Translations under genes and position numbers: made by a program
Assembly (NCBI GenBank): GCA_963741095.1
Contig: CAVUGN010000002.1
Location: forward strand, 201,546 to 265,545
Source of the DNA: an uncultured Candidatus Micrarchaeota archaeon
GTDB lineage: Archaea; Micrarchaeota; Micrarchaeia; Micrarchaeales; Micrarchaeaceae
DNA: 64,000 nt
Reading direction: 5' to 3'
Shown: positions 9,595 to 18,777 of the stretch, in pieces
Numbering within the stretch: position 1 is the first letter of the stretch
How the letters are laid out: each line of letters opens with the position of its first letter
The notes under the pieces: generated by a model
What the model was told of the DNA's origin: nothing
Seen by the model: the letters and a program-made list of their open reading frames with translations, nothing else
Databases searched by the model: none

Positions 9595-10298
9595 TGGCCG
9601 TGGCCCTTATAGACGTAGCCCTGATGGAGCCCAAGTACCAGGTCAACCTCGGCTACATCGCAAGAGTAATGAAGAACTTCGGGGTGGAGAGGCTGTACCT
9701 GATAAACCCGAGGTGCAACTACAAGGGCAAGGAGGCCATAAAATATTCGAAGCACGCCCACTCGCTGCTCGAGCATGCCAGGCTGCCGAAGAGCATAGCC
9801 GAGGCGACGAAGGGCGCGTTTGTCATCGGGACGACCGGCCTATGGAGCAAGACGGACAAGTCCTTCCACAACGTCTACAGCCTGCAGAACTCCGGACGCC
9901 TGCTAAGGAACGCGGGCCGCAGAAAGAAGGTGGTGCTGCTGATAGGCAGGGACGACACCGGATTGAGCAAGAACGAGCTGCGGGAGTGCGACGCTACGAT
10001 ATTCATCGGAGCCAGCAGGGACTACCCGGTTCTGAACATCTCGCACGCGCTGGCGATAATGCTCTACGAGCTGACCAGAATGAGCTACGGCAAGGAGTAC
10101 GAATTCATGGACTCGCTCTACGCGGATGCCAAGCGCCAGAGGATGGTCCTCCTGCTCTTCAAAAGGATGATAAAAGGCAACAAATCGATAAGGGACAAGG
10201 AATCCGTGGCGATGGCGTTCAAGCACGTCCTCAGCAGATCCGCTCCGACGAGGAAGGAGGCGAATGCGATCTCGATAGCGCTTGCGGGGGCGCGCTAA
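9594..10298 (+). CDS. trmJ: TrmJ/SpoU-family tRNA/rRNA 2'-O-methyltransferase
   Basis: EPKYQVNLGYIARVMKNFG, GRDDTGL and YPVLNISHA motifs. True start is the ATG at 9594 (TGATG overlap), not 9006. Confidence 0.88.
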   Translation: MAVALIDVALMEPKYQVNLGYIARVMKNFGVERLYLINPRCNYKGKEAIKYSKHAHSLLEHARLPKSIAEATKGAFVIGTTGLWSKTDKSFHNVYSLQNSGRLLRNAGRRKKVVLLIGRDDTGLSKNELRECDATIFIGASRDYPVLNISHALAIMLYELTRMSYGKEYEFMDSLYADAKRQRMVLLLFKRMIKGNKSIRDKESVAMAFKHVLSRSAPTRKEANAISIALAGAR

Positions 10299-10370
10299 CG
10301 GCGTGCAGCGAAAGCGCCGACTAGGAAAACAAAAAAGGAAAAGAACCAAGGAATGGATGAAGCAGGCGCT

Positions 10371-10745
10371 TTACTTCGACGGCGCCCTCTTCGTCTTTAC
10401 GATCTTTATCTTGCCAGGGGTCAGCAGTATCTTCTCTGCGTCGAGCCTCGCAATGTCTCCGTCAATCTTCTCCGCATAGCCCTTCAGGTCGTCGACAACG
10501 CTCTTGAGCGTGTTCGGCCTCTTGGCCATCTCGGTTATGTTAAGCAGGACGATGTTGCCTGTGCTCAATTCCTTCTTGATGAGATCGACGTCGGTCTGCT
10601 GCTGCAGCGAGACCGGCTTGACATAATGGTCTGCAGGTTCGTGCATCACGTCGACATCTTCCATCTCTGCCGCGTTCATGTACTCCTCCAAGTTTATTTC
10701 CTTGGACACGCCTAAGGTCTTCCCTAGCTTATCAAAAATGCTCAT
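10371..10745 (-). CDS. sepF: Cell division protein SepF (archaeal type)
   Basis: KELSTGNIVLLNI...IDGDIARL...ILLTP..IKI is the typical archaeal SepF core. Confidence 0.9.
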   Translation of the reverse strand: MSIFDKLGKTLGVSKEINLEEYMNAAEMEDVDVMHEPADHYVKPVSLQQQTDVDLIKKELSTGNIVLLNITEMAKRPNTLKSVVDDLKGYAEKIDGDIARLDAEKILLTPGKIKIVKTKRAPSK

Positions 10746-10919
10746 TTTTTCACCTTTTCCGTCGCCTTTAACTAGTATGGTATATCATTTTTAAATACTT
10801 TCGTGTTTTGCGGAGCACCTCAACGTAAATGTGCGCCCCAGTCAAAACCCCGAAATAGAAGGCGAAATGCGGGCGCGCAAATAGAAAACATTAAAATACT
10901 GCGCTGAAATATAGTCCCG

Positions 10920-11276
10920 ATGATAAAGGTAATGCGGGTTTATGTGCGCGCCGATATTACCGACGGCATACGGATTCTTGTTGATAGGTTGTGGCCTCGA
11001 GGAATAAGGAGGAACACTCCCAACGTCGACATATGGCTGAAGGACGTTGCCCCCTCAACGGAACTGAGGAAATGGTTCGCGCACGACCTCCGAAGGTGGA
11101 AGTCCTTCAAGTCGAGATACCTGAAGGAACTGGAGGAGAACAAGGCGGTCGCCAATCTTCTGCAGGTCATAAGGTCAACTGACACCGTAACCCTAGTCTA
11201 CGCGACGAAGGACGAGAAGCACAACAACGCCGAGGTTCTGCGCGAGTTCCTCAAGAGGAAATTCAAGATAGAATAA
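10920..11276 (+). CDS. DUF488/YeaO-family protein
   Basis: RILVDRLWPRG, W.KDVAPSTELRKWF and HNNA motifs. Confidence 0.9.
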   Translation: MIKVMRVYVRADITDGIRILVDRLWPRGIRRNTPNVDIWLKDVAPSTELRKWFAHDLRRWKSFKSRYLKELEENKAVANLLQVIRSTDTVTLVYATKDEKHNNAEVLREFLKRKFKIE

Positions 11277-11289
11277 GGATTAGTCCGGT

Positions 11290-11673
11290 GTGCCATTGAG
11301 ATACCTGATACTAGACACGAGCTCGATGCTCTTCGGATTCTCCAACAACAGGAACGTGTTTGACCTTGCTATCGGCGAATTCCCAAGCCACAGGCCGCTG
11401 GTTTCCATCGGCATAGTGAACGAATTGATGGGGCTGTCGCAGAACAAGGGCAAAAAAGGCGCCTGCGCCAGGGTGGCGCTCGCCGAGATAAGAGCTAAAA
11501 AGATTGAGATTGATAATATAAACAGGGCAGACGGCTGGATACTTGAAAAAGCAAGGCGGAACAGGGGCTCTGTCGTCGTGACGAACGACACACCGCTCGC
11601 AAAAAAACTGTTGCGTTTCGGAACCACGGTGCTTAAGATGTCCAGAAGCGGCATGCTAAGAAGTGCTCGGTGA
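11290..11673 (+). CDS. PIN-domain protein (Fcf1/Utp24-like)
   Basis: ILDTS...EL...ADGWI...VVTND acidic PIN motif; conserved position upstream of rpoE1. Confidence 0.8.
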   Translation: MPLRYLILDTSSMLFGFSNNRNVFDLAIGEFPSHRPLVSIGIVNELMGLSQNKGKKGACARVALAEIRAKKIEIDNINRADGWILEKARRNRGSVVVTNDTPLAKKLLRFGTTVLKMSRSGMLRSAR

Positions 11674-12266
11674 ATTTTTTGTACTACATATATAGCGTAA
11701 AAGACAGGTTCAAGCTGCCTCCGGAAAGTCTCGCGGAGGACATAGAGTCGGTGGCAGCGAAGGTGCTGAGGCGAAAGTACGAGGGCGCCATAGACAAGGA
11801 CATAGGAGTCATAGTGGCGATATTCAACGTGAGGGGCGTCAGCGACGGCATCCTCTACCCTGGAGATCCGTCGACGCACCACGATGTCGAGTTTGACGTT
11901 CTGTCGTTCATGCCGGGCGTCGAGGAGATAGTGAACGGGGAGGTGACCGAGATAGCTGAATTCGGCGCCTTCGTGAGGATAGGCCCGATCGACGGGCTAG
12001 TGCACGTCTCACAGATAACCAACGACTTCCTTTCGTTCGACAGGAAATCTCAGGCGTTCGTATCAAAGCGCAGCGGAAGGTCACTGAAGAAGGGCGACAC
12101 CGTGTTCGCGAAGATATCGACGATAAGCATGAAGAACAGCGTAAAGGATTCGAAGATAGCGCTAACGATGAAGCCAGAGGGTCTTGGCAAGCCCGAATGG
12201 GCCGGCGAGGACGAGAAGTCCAAGGCAAGGTACGGAAAGGGAGGCAAGGGAAGAGGAAGGAGATGA
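11670..12266 (+). CDS. rpoE1: RNA polymerase subunit Rpo7 (E')
   Basis: S1 domain FGAFVRIGPIDGLVHVSQI and C-terminal LTMK.EGLGK.EW. Confidence 0.96.
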   Translation: MNFLYYIYSVKDRFKLPPESLAEDIESVAAKVLRRKYEGAIDKDIGVIVAIFNVRGVSDGILYPGDPSTHHDVEFDVLSFMPGVEEIVNGEVTEIAEFGAFVRIGPIDGLVHVSQITNDFLSFDRKSQAFVSKRSGRSLKKGDTVFAKISTISMKNSVKDSKIALTMKPEGLGKPEWAGEDEKSKARYGKGGKGRGRR

Positions 12267-12270
12267 TAAC

Positions 12271-12462
12271 ATGGAAGAAAAAGCGTGCAAAAACTGCAGA
12301 CTGGTGATAAGCCACGGAGACACATGCCCGAGCTGCGGCTCGAAGGAGCTCACGACCAAATGGGGCAGCCCGGTGATCATACTCAACGCGGAGAAGTCAG
12401 ACATAGCGAAGAAGCTGGGATTAAAGATGAACAGCACTTACGCAGTCAACATAAGCACCTGA
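12271..12462 (+). CDS. spt4: Transcription elongation factor Spt4 (RpoE'')
   Basis: MEEKACKNC...CPSCGS..LT..W....II...KS.IAKKLG; start at the ATG at 12271. Confidence 0.93.
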   Translation: MEEKACKNCRLVISHGDTCPSCGSKELTTKWGSPVIILNAEKSDIAKKLGLKMNSTYAVNIST

Positions 12463-12466
12463 CGGG

Positions 12467-13180
12467 TCATTCCTTCTTTTCGGCGCTCTCTTTCGGCATG
12501 TCGTATTCCTCTTCGACCTTCACCTTTTGCACCTTCAGGTTCGCGAAGATGGAAGCTACGAGGTTCGCCTTGGCTATGAAATAATCAGCGTCCTTCTTTA
12601 CGGAATTGTTGAACGAGACCGTCACTGTTCCATTGGCCTCTTCGATCTTTGTCGGGCTTGCGCCGTAGCTCTTGCCCAACCCTTCGACCTTCTCCTTGTC
12701 GGACGTGAGCGCCCTGACGACCTTCACCTCATAAATGACATCCCTGCCAGCGTATGGGTGGTTGGCGTCGACCACGACCCTGCCGGAGTTTATGCTCTTC
12801 ACGATGACCGGCATGTTGTCTATGTTAACCTGCATTCCCACGTACGGAGTTATGTCGTTCTTCCTGAACCCGGCGATGGGCATCACCCTCACTAGCTCCT
12901 CGTTCCTGCTGCCGAACGCCTCATCAGGCTTGAAGGTGAACTTCTTCTGCTCGTTGAGGCCCATCGAATGCAGGGCCTTGTCCAGCCCGCTTATCACGCT
13001 GTTGGCTCCAAGAACCACCAGTGTGGGCCCGTAACGGGTTTCCTTATGGTATATGTTGGCGTCCTTCGCCTTCTGCTCCTCGGTCGTAGCGACAAGCGTG
13101 TTGTCAACCGCGTCCCACATGCTGTAGTCTATTTCCAGGAAGTCTCCATCCTTAAAGGTCATCTTATCACTATCGGACAT
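12467..13180 (-). CDS. slyD: FKBP-type peptidyl-prolyl isomerase (long archaeal SlyD type)
   Basis: GLDKAL..M, P.EAFG.R and VVVD.NHP.AG motifs; likely start MSDSDK at 13180. Confidence 0.9.
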   Translation of the reverse strand: MSDSDKMTFKDGDFLEIDYSMWDAVDNTLVATTEEQKAKDANIYHKETRYGPTLVVLGANSVISGLDKALHSMGLNEQKKFTFKPDEAFGSRNEELVRVMPIAGFRKNDITPYVGMQVNIDNMPVIVKSINSGRVVVDANHPYAGRDVIYEVKVVRALTSDKEKVEGLGKSYGASPTKIEEANGTVTVSFNNSVKKDADYFIAKANLVASIFANLKVQKVKVEEEYDMPKESAEKKE

Positions 13181-13287
13181 CTGACGAGCGCCGCAATGCG
13201 CGGCGAACCGCAAGTGCCAGTAGTGGTTATCTAAAAGCAATGTTTTTAAAGCTTTCCAAGCCATATTATCGCTGATAAGGCGATCAA

Positions 13288-13833
13288 ATGAAGCAAAAGA
13301 CAGTTTTGAAGGCGCAGAGCGCCATGGAATACCTGATGACGTACGGTTGGGCAATCCTGATCATCTCGGTGGTCTTGGGTGCGCTGTTCTCCCTTGGAGT
13401 GTTCAGTGGAGCATCTCTAATCGGAACCACCTGCGTCGCAAGTCCAGGATACTACTGCAGCGGTGTTACCTACTCGCACAGCACGGGCAACATACTGTTC
13501 ACGATAGGCCAGAGCACCGGTCTGAACTGGGTAAACACAGCATTCATATATGCACCTCAGGGAACTGCATCCACCACCAACGCCCCATCAGTGACGTTCG
13601 CAAACGATATCGGTGGTCTTTATTCCGGCCAGCAGACGACCATCTCATGGGGTGTGTCCTCAACCAGCACCGCTGTCGGAACAATAACCGCGGGAACAAT
13701 CTGGGCGTGCTACACAACTACATCTAGTGGTAACGCTATCGCGGGCGCAGTGCAGGCTGCAGGCTCATGCAATGCAATAGCCAACACCGTCTACTATGTG
13801 CAGATTGCAACTCTGACCGCAAAGGCTGTCTAA
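13288..13833 (+). CDS. Type IV pilin-like protein 1 (class III signal peptide)
   Basis: KAQ/SAMEYLMTYGWAILII: basic leader, cleavage site and hydrophobic helix; 4 Cys. Confidence 0.88.
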   Translation: MKQKTVLKAQSAMEYLMTYGWAILIISVVLGALFSLGVFSGASLIGTTCVASPGYYCSGVTYSHSTGNILFTIGQSTGLNWVNTAFIYAPQGTASTTNAPSVTFANDIGGLYSGQQTTISWGVSSTSTAVGTITAGTIWACYTTTSSGNAIAGAVQAAGSCNAIANTVYYVQIATLTAKAV

Positions 13834-13869
13834 TCACAGGCAGCCTTTTTCTTTTCTTTTTTATTTTTC
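13821..13869 (+). terminator. Hairpin plus U-tract terminator after pilin 1
   Basis: AAAGGCTG...CAGCCTTT inverted repeat spanning the stop codon, followed by a long T tract. A near-identical copy follows pilin 2. Confidence 0.7.
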
Positions 13870-13973
13870 AACCTCAGCGTGAGGCATGAGCAACCAAACA
13901 ATTGGCGTTCTCGCAGCAAAAAGGGAAGTATTTATATCTTTGGTTTGTTATATCAAGCGAATAAGGTGTATTT

Positions 13974-14504
13974 ATGAATAAGCATCCTAAGGCGCAGAGC
14001 GCCATGGAATACCTGATGACGTACGGCTGGGCGATCCTGATCATCTCGGTGGTCTTGGGTGCGCTGTTCTCCCTTGGAGTGTTCAGTGGAGCATCTCTAA
14101 TCGGAACCACCTGCGTCGCAAGTCCAGGCTTTTACTGCAGCGGTGTGACCTACTCGCACAGCACAGGAAACGTACTGGTCACGATAGGCCAGAGCACGGG
14201 CACGAACTGGGCATCTTCGGCATTCATATATGCCACTCAGGGATCCGCTTCCAGTGCAGGCATACCTACCGTACTGTTCGCAAACGCACTGCCATCCGGT
14301 CTTTATTCCGGCCAGCAGTCAACCATCTCATGGGGTGTATCCTCGACCAGCACCGCTGTCGGAACAATAACCGCGGGAACGATCTGGGCATGCTATGAAG
14401 TGGGAACTTCGGGTAACACCGTTGGTGTGGCTTCGGGATCATGCACAGGAACAGGCACGATATACTACGTGCAGATTGCAACTCTGACTGCAAAGGCTGT
14501 CTAA
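13974..14504 (+). CDS. Type IV pilin-like protein 2
   Basis: Same class III signal; paralogue of pilin 1. TTTATATC TATA-like box at 13931 and AGGTG SD. Confidence 0.88.
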   Translation: MNKHPKAQSAMEYLMTYGWAILIISVVLGALFSLGVFSGASLIGTTCVASPGFYCSGVTYSHSTGNVLVTIGQSTGTNWASSAFIYATQGSASSAGIPTVLFANALPSGLYSGQQSTISWGVSSTSTAVGTITAGTIWACYEVGTSGNTVGVASGSCTGTGTIYYVQIATLTAKAV

Positions 14505-14541
14505 TTACAGGCAGCCTTTTTCCTTTCTTTTTTATTTTTTA
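14492..14541 (+). terminator. Hairpin plus U-tract terminator after pilin 2
   Basis: AAAGGCTG...CAGCCTTT followed by a T tract; duplicate of the element after pilin 1. Confidence 0.7.
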
Positions 14542-14635
14542 TACCCCAGCCAGGGGCATGGGCAATCCTTTCCTGCTGGTGCAAAAGAAGCATTTATATC
14601 CTTTTAGTGTCGTGTTATAACAAAAAGGCGGCAAC

Positions 14636-15187
14636 ATGCTTACGAGTACAAAAGCCCAGAGCGCCATGGAATACCTGATGACGTACGGTTGGGCAATCCT
14701 GATAATAGCCGTGGTCCTGGGCGCGCTGTTCTCCATAGGGGTATTCGGCGGATCCTCCTTCGTCGGGACTTCGTGCGTCGCAAGCCCAGGATTCTACTGT
14801 GGAGGCATAACCTACTCGCACAGCACGGGCAACATGGTCATCATGATAGGCCAGAACACCGGTGCGCTATGGGGCACGGTGGCGTTTCTGTACGCGCCTC
14901 AGGGAACCGCTTCGACTGTCAACGCCCCGTCGGTGATGTTCGCGAATGCGCTTGCTCCTCCGACCGGCTTCTATTCCGGTCAGATCTACGGATTGTATTG
15001 GCCCGTATCTGCGCCAGGCACTGCTGTTGGCGCAACGACCTCAGGTGCCGTCTGGGCATGCTACACGATAGTAAGCCCTGGACTGACTAGCGGAATGCTC
15101 ATGACCACCTATTCCGGCTCATGCACTGCGGGCACAAACACGGTGTACTACGCGCAGATGGCGACCCTGACTGCAAAGGCAAGCTAG
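14636..15187 (+). CDS. Type IV pilin-like protein 3
   Basis: Same class III signal; more diverged paralogue with its own TTTATATC box at ~14593. Confidence 0.88.
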   Translation: MLTSTKAQSAMEYLMTYGWAILIIAVVLGALFSIGVFGGSSFVGTSCVASPGFYCGGITYSHSTGNMVIMIGQNTGALWGTVAFLYAPQGTASTVNAPSVMFANALAPPTGFYSGQIYGLYWPVSAPGTAVGATTSGAVWACYTIVSPGLTSGMLMTTYSGSCTAGTNTVYYAQMATLTAKAS

Positions 15188-15201
15188 CCAATCAATCCTG
15201 A

Positions 15202-16125
15202 TTACTTTTTCTTGGATTGCAGCTCTGCCTTCATCCTCAGAACTTCCGAGAGCTCATCTGCGCTCAGCAAAGGCTTCCTCATTCTTGCAGAATCATCGGT
15301 TGCCAGCCTCGGGCACGCTGTGTTAACGAAGGCATCGAACTCCATCATGTTGTTAAGCGATTCGAAGTCGAAGGTGTTCGCGACAACAATCTCGGCATCG
15401 AACCCCGCGCTCTCTATCATATGTTTCAGTGTTTTTGCCAGGTCCAGGTTAAACTGCCCTGTCTTAGTGCTAAGCATAATTGCAAATCTCTTCGCGTCGA
15501 TCGCGCTAAGCATCCTGCCCTTCTTTTTCTTTGCGTACACCTCTCTTTGCGCATCGATCCTATCCATCTTGTTCAGGAACGGGTCTGCGACGAAGAAAGG
15601 CTTCGTTGTCGCGATCAGCGCGCCCAACGGATGAAAGATCCCGCCGCCGAAATAGACAAAGGCATCGACCTTCTCGTTGATGCTTGCAGCGCTGCCCGCA
15701 TCGCAGCCCAACACCTGCCCCTCATTTTTTGCAGGGCCGTAGGGCTTGCCTATCAATACCGTCTTTCCGTTTTTCTCATAAAAAGCCTTGATATCATTCA
15801 GCTGGTGCACGTGCTGTATCGTTGTGATGATGCCGATGGCATCGAATTCCTTGAGCGCATCCAGAGAATTTTTGATGATATCCAGCGGCGCGTCGACATG
15901 GTACTCGACGTACTCGACATTGAAACCGGCGCTCTTGAACTCGCAATGGCCGAAATGAATGAGCTTGTCAGCCTTTATCGCCCTTGCCTCGTCAAGAGCG
16001 AGGTCGCAGGCGCCGAAGGTCGGCGATGCGGATATGAAGACCTCGTTGCCCTCGCTCTCGAGCGCTTTCGCATGCCTGAGCGCCTCCTGCTTAAGCCCTT
16101 CGGGAAACTGCAATAGAATGCGCAT
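15202..16125 (-). CDS. dph2: Diphthamide biosynthesis radical-SAM enzyme Dph2
   Basis: LQFPEGLK, GACD, HFGH, GQVLGC and TACPR (three Fe-S cysteines). Confidence 0.95.
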   Translation of the reverse strand: MRILLQFPEGLKQEALRHAKALESEGNEVFISASPTFGACDLALDEARAIKADKLIHFGHCEFKSAGFNVEYVEYHVDAPLDIIKNSLDALKEFDAIGIITTIQHVHQLNDIKAFYEKNGKTVLIGKPYGPAKNEGQVLGCDAGSAASINEKVDAFVYFGGGIFHPLGALIATTKPFFVADPFLNKMDRIDAQREVYAKKKKGRMLSAIDAKRFAIMLSTKTGQFNLDLAKTLKHMIESAGFDAEIVVANTFDFESLNNMMEFDAFVNTACPRLATDDSARMRKPLLSADELSEVLRMKAELQSKKK

Positions 16126-16161
16126 GAACTTACCTGAACCTAAAAATGCAAAAAGAGGGCA

Positions 16162-16701
16162 TCAAAGTTTCGGCATTACCTTCTCGACCGCCTTTACCTT
16201 GTAGGTGCCCGAAAGCTTTGCCGTCGATCTCCTCAGCGCCTTCACCGCGACTTCGCGGTTCGCCTTCATCGTCTGAAGCATGAATATCGGCTGGTTCTCC
16301 TTTATCCTGGCTGCAACAGCGACCGGCCTTCCGAACGAGAGGCTCATTCCCCTTGAGGTTCGGTCTGCACCGGCAGCAGTGGACATCTTGTGCTCCCTTA
16401 TGACGTTGTGCGGGAAGACCAGCACCTTTAGCGAATAATCCAAAGGTATGTTATTCTCAAGGTACTTGTTGATGAGCTGCCTTGCGGACTCTATCGCGTT
16501 GGAGCGAAGCTGAAGCGATTGCTGCGGCCTGAGCGTCAATTCTAGGTCATATGTGTCCTTGCGCACGCCCATGTTGAAGACCAACAGGCTGGTGTGCGGC
16601 AGTGCCCTGACGTAATTCTTCCTTGGTTTCCTGAGTGAGTACCTCGACCAAGGCTGCGAAGTGATGTCCCTGCAGGTCCTGGCGGGTCTAAGTCTAGCCA
16701 T
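16162..16701 (-). CDS. rpl10e: 50S ribosomal protein L10e (uL16)
   Basis: MARLRPARTCR, FPH.VIREHKM..AGADR.S.GM..SFGRP. Confidence 0.95.
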   Translation of the reverse strand: MARLRPARTCRDITSQPWSRYSLRKPRKNYVRALPHTSLLVFNMGVRKDTYDLELTLRPQQSLQLRSNAIESARQLINKYLENNIPLDYSLKVLVFPHNVIREHKMSTAAGADRTSRGMSLSFGRPVAVAARIKENQPIFMLQTMKANREVAVKALRRSTAKLSGTYKVKAVEKVMPKL

Positions 16702-16876
16702 AATAAACACTAAAGTAGTAGTATACTATTTTGCCAACAAAGATATAAAAAGATGCCGTAAACCAATGGGGCAGATGCTGCCGACATCGTTGCGGTGCGA
16801 TACTGAGTGAGAAATTCTCTGTTGCGGGACTACTCTATTTTTATAGTTTCTCAGTGTCAACATATCAGGTGGTTGC

Positions 16877-17914
16877 ATGGATATGTTGGAAAGCGCTCTG
16901 AGCAATGAAAATTCTTCGGAAGACATGTTCAAAGCAAGAATCATGGTGTGCGGCGCAGGCGGCGGAGGCTCAAACACCATAAACAGGCTCAGCAAGATGG
17001 GCGTCATCGGGGCAAGCCTGATGGCAGTCAACACCGATGCAAAGCACCTCAACGGCATGGATCCATCTATCAAGCGCATTCTCATCGGCGGCGCACTCAC
17101 GCGCGGCCTGGGAGCAGGCGGATTCCCCGAGATAGGGGCAAAGGCCGCAGAGTATTCGAGATCTGAAATAGACAGCGCACTGAGAGGCTGCAATCTTCTC
17201 TTCCTCACCGCGGGCATGGGTGGCGGAACGGGCACCGGAGCGGCGCCGATAATCGCGGACGCCGCAAAGAAGAACGGTGCGATAGTCATAGGCATAATAA
17301 CATTCCCGTTCAGGCTGGAGCGTGTAAGATTGGAAGTGGCAAAGAAGGGAATAGCCGAGCTCAGCAAGAACTGCGACACCCTGATAGTCATAGACAACCA
17401 GAGGCTCGCCGACGTCTATCCGAACCTCGCATTGGAACAGGCGTTCAAGGTTGCGGACGAAGTCGCGTCAAGGGCGGTGAAGGGCATAGCCGAGACGATA
17501 AATACGCCAAGCTTCATAAACATAGACTTCGCCGACATCAGAAGCATAATGAACAGGGGCGGAATAGCCATGATAAGCGTCGGGGAGGGCAAGGGCTCGA
17601 ACAAGGTCAACGACGTCGTCAGGGAAACGCTCAGCAACAAGCTTCTTGACGTGAATTATGAAGGCACAAAAGGCATTCTGCTGCACATACGCGGCGGAGA
17701 GGACCTCACACTGGGAGAGGCTAACGAGATAGCAGGCAGGCTGACAGAACAGGCCGCGCCGAACGCAAACGTCATATGGGGCGCAAGAATAGATCCCGCA
17801 TACAACGGCAGGGTAGAAGTGATAGCGATATTCACCGGCGTCTCAAGCTCGCAGATACTCTCCGGAAAGACCGCCGAGAACGAGGCACAAGATTTCGGGC
17901 TCGGCTCGATGTGA
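16877..17914 (+). CDS. ftsZ: Cell division protein FtsZ (paralogue A)
   Basis: GAGGGGSN, NTD, GMGGGTGTG signature and T7 loop INIDFAD. Confidence 0.96.
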   Translation: MDMLESALSNENSSEDMFKARIMVCGAGGGGSNTINRLSKMGVIGASLMAVNTDAKHLNGMDPSIKRILIGGALTRGLGAGGFPEIGAKAAEYSRSEIDSALRGCNLLFLTAGMGGGTGTGAAPIIADAAKKNGAIVIGIITFPFRLERVRLEVAKKGIAELSKNCDTLIVIDNQRLADVYPNLALEQAFKVADEVASRAVKGIAETINTPSFINIDFADIRSIMNRGGIAMISVGEGKGSNKVNDVVRETLSNKLLDVNYEGTKGILLHIRGGEDLTLGEANEIAGRLTEQAAPNANVIWGARIDPAYNGRVEVIAIFTGVSSSQILSGKTAENEAQDFGLGSM

Positions 17915-17933
17915 GCGCGGGAATTATCGTCAA

Positions 17934-18776
17934 CTAAAATGCCGTACGCCCAAGCAAATCCCTCACGCTGTCCGATTTGGCGTGATCAATCGCTTTCTTG
18001 CCTAGATTATCAGTCATATTGATATCGGCTCCGTTGCGCATCAACATCTCAACAAGCTCCTTTCTATCAGCGTTTGCAGCCATCATCAGCGCCGTGAAGT
18101 TGCTATAAGTCTTCGCATTAACATCGGCTCCGGCGCGTATCAATGGCTCTACAGCCTCTCCTCTGGCTTCATGCGAGCCGTACATGATCGCCGTCCTTCC
18201 CCAAACATCCTTCATATCAACGTCAGCTCCTCTGCCTATCAATATCTCGGCAACCCTCTTGCGATCATAATAAGCGGCCAACATCAGCGCCGTCAATCCC
18301 TTCTTATTCTTCAAATCAAGATCGGCCCCGTGGCTTATTAACGCTTTGACGCCCTCTTCATTATCTTCAGACGTGGCCTTCATCAGCGCCGTATCCCCAT
18401 CCTTATCACCAAGGTTTGCATCTGCCCCGCCATTCAGCAGTATCCTCAGGGTCTCGATGTATTTTCTGTTCATCGAAACCCACATCAGCGCAGTCATATC
18501 CTCGGGGTCCCTCACATTCACGTTCGCCCCTTTTTGTATCAGTTCACCAACCCTGTCGTTATCTATGTTGGGCAGCATCACTTCCCTGATCAGTTCTCTT
18601 CCCAGCTTCTTTGCTTCATCCTCGCTGACGACTAGTTTCCCCGCGCACTCCCTTAACCTCGCGATTTTATTGTCGATTGCTGCGCCTGATGGCCCTTCGG
18701 TCTGCCTGACGAACGCCTTGATCTCCTCCACCCTCTGCGGAGTCATCCTTCCGTCCCTGTTCGCGCCGGTTTCCAT
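17934..18776 (-). CDS. Ankyrin-repeat protein
   Basis: About 6 repeats of G.TALM.A......V..LI..GAD.N after a ~60-aa non-repeat N-terminus. Confidence 0.93.
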   Translation of the reverse strand: METGANRDGRMTPQRVEEIKAFVRQTEGPSGAAIDNKIARLRECAGKLVVSEDEAKKLGRELIREVMLPNIDNDRVGELIQKGANVNVRDPEDMTALMWVSMNRKYIETLRILLNGGADANLGDKDGDTALMKATSEDNEEGVKALISHGADLDLKNKKGLTALMLAAYYDRKRVAEILIGRGADVDMKDVWGRTAIMYGSHEARGEAVEPLIRAGADVNAKTYSNFTALMMAANADRKELVEMLMRNGADINMTDNLGKKAIDHAKSDSVRDLLGRTAF

Positions 18777-18777
18777 C

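Noticed and set aside
13288-15187. Pilin triplet as a diversity-generating retroelement target
   Set aside because: Differences include indels and all base types rather than adenine-specific changes, and no RT is nearby.
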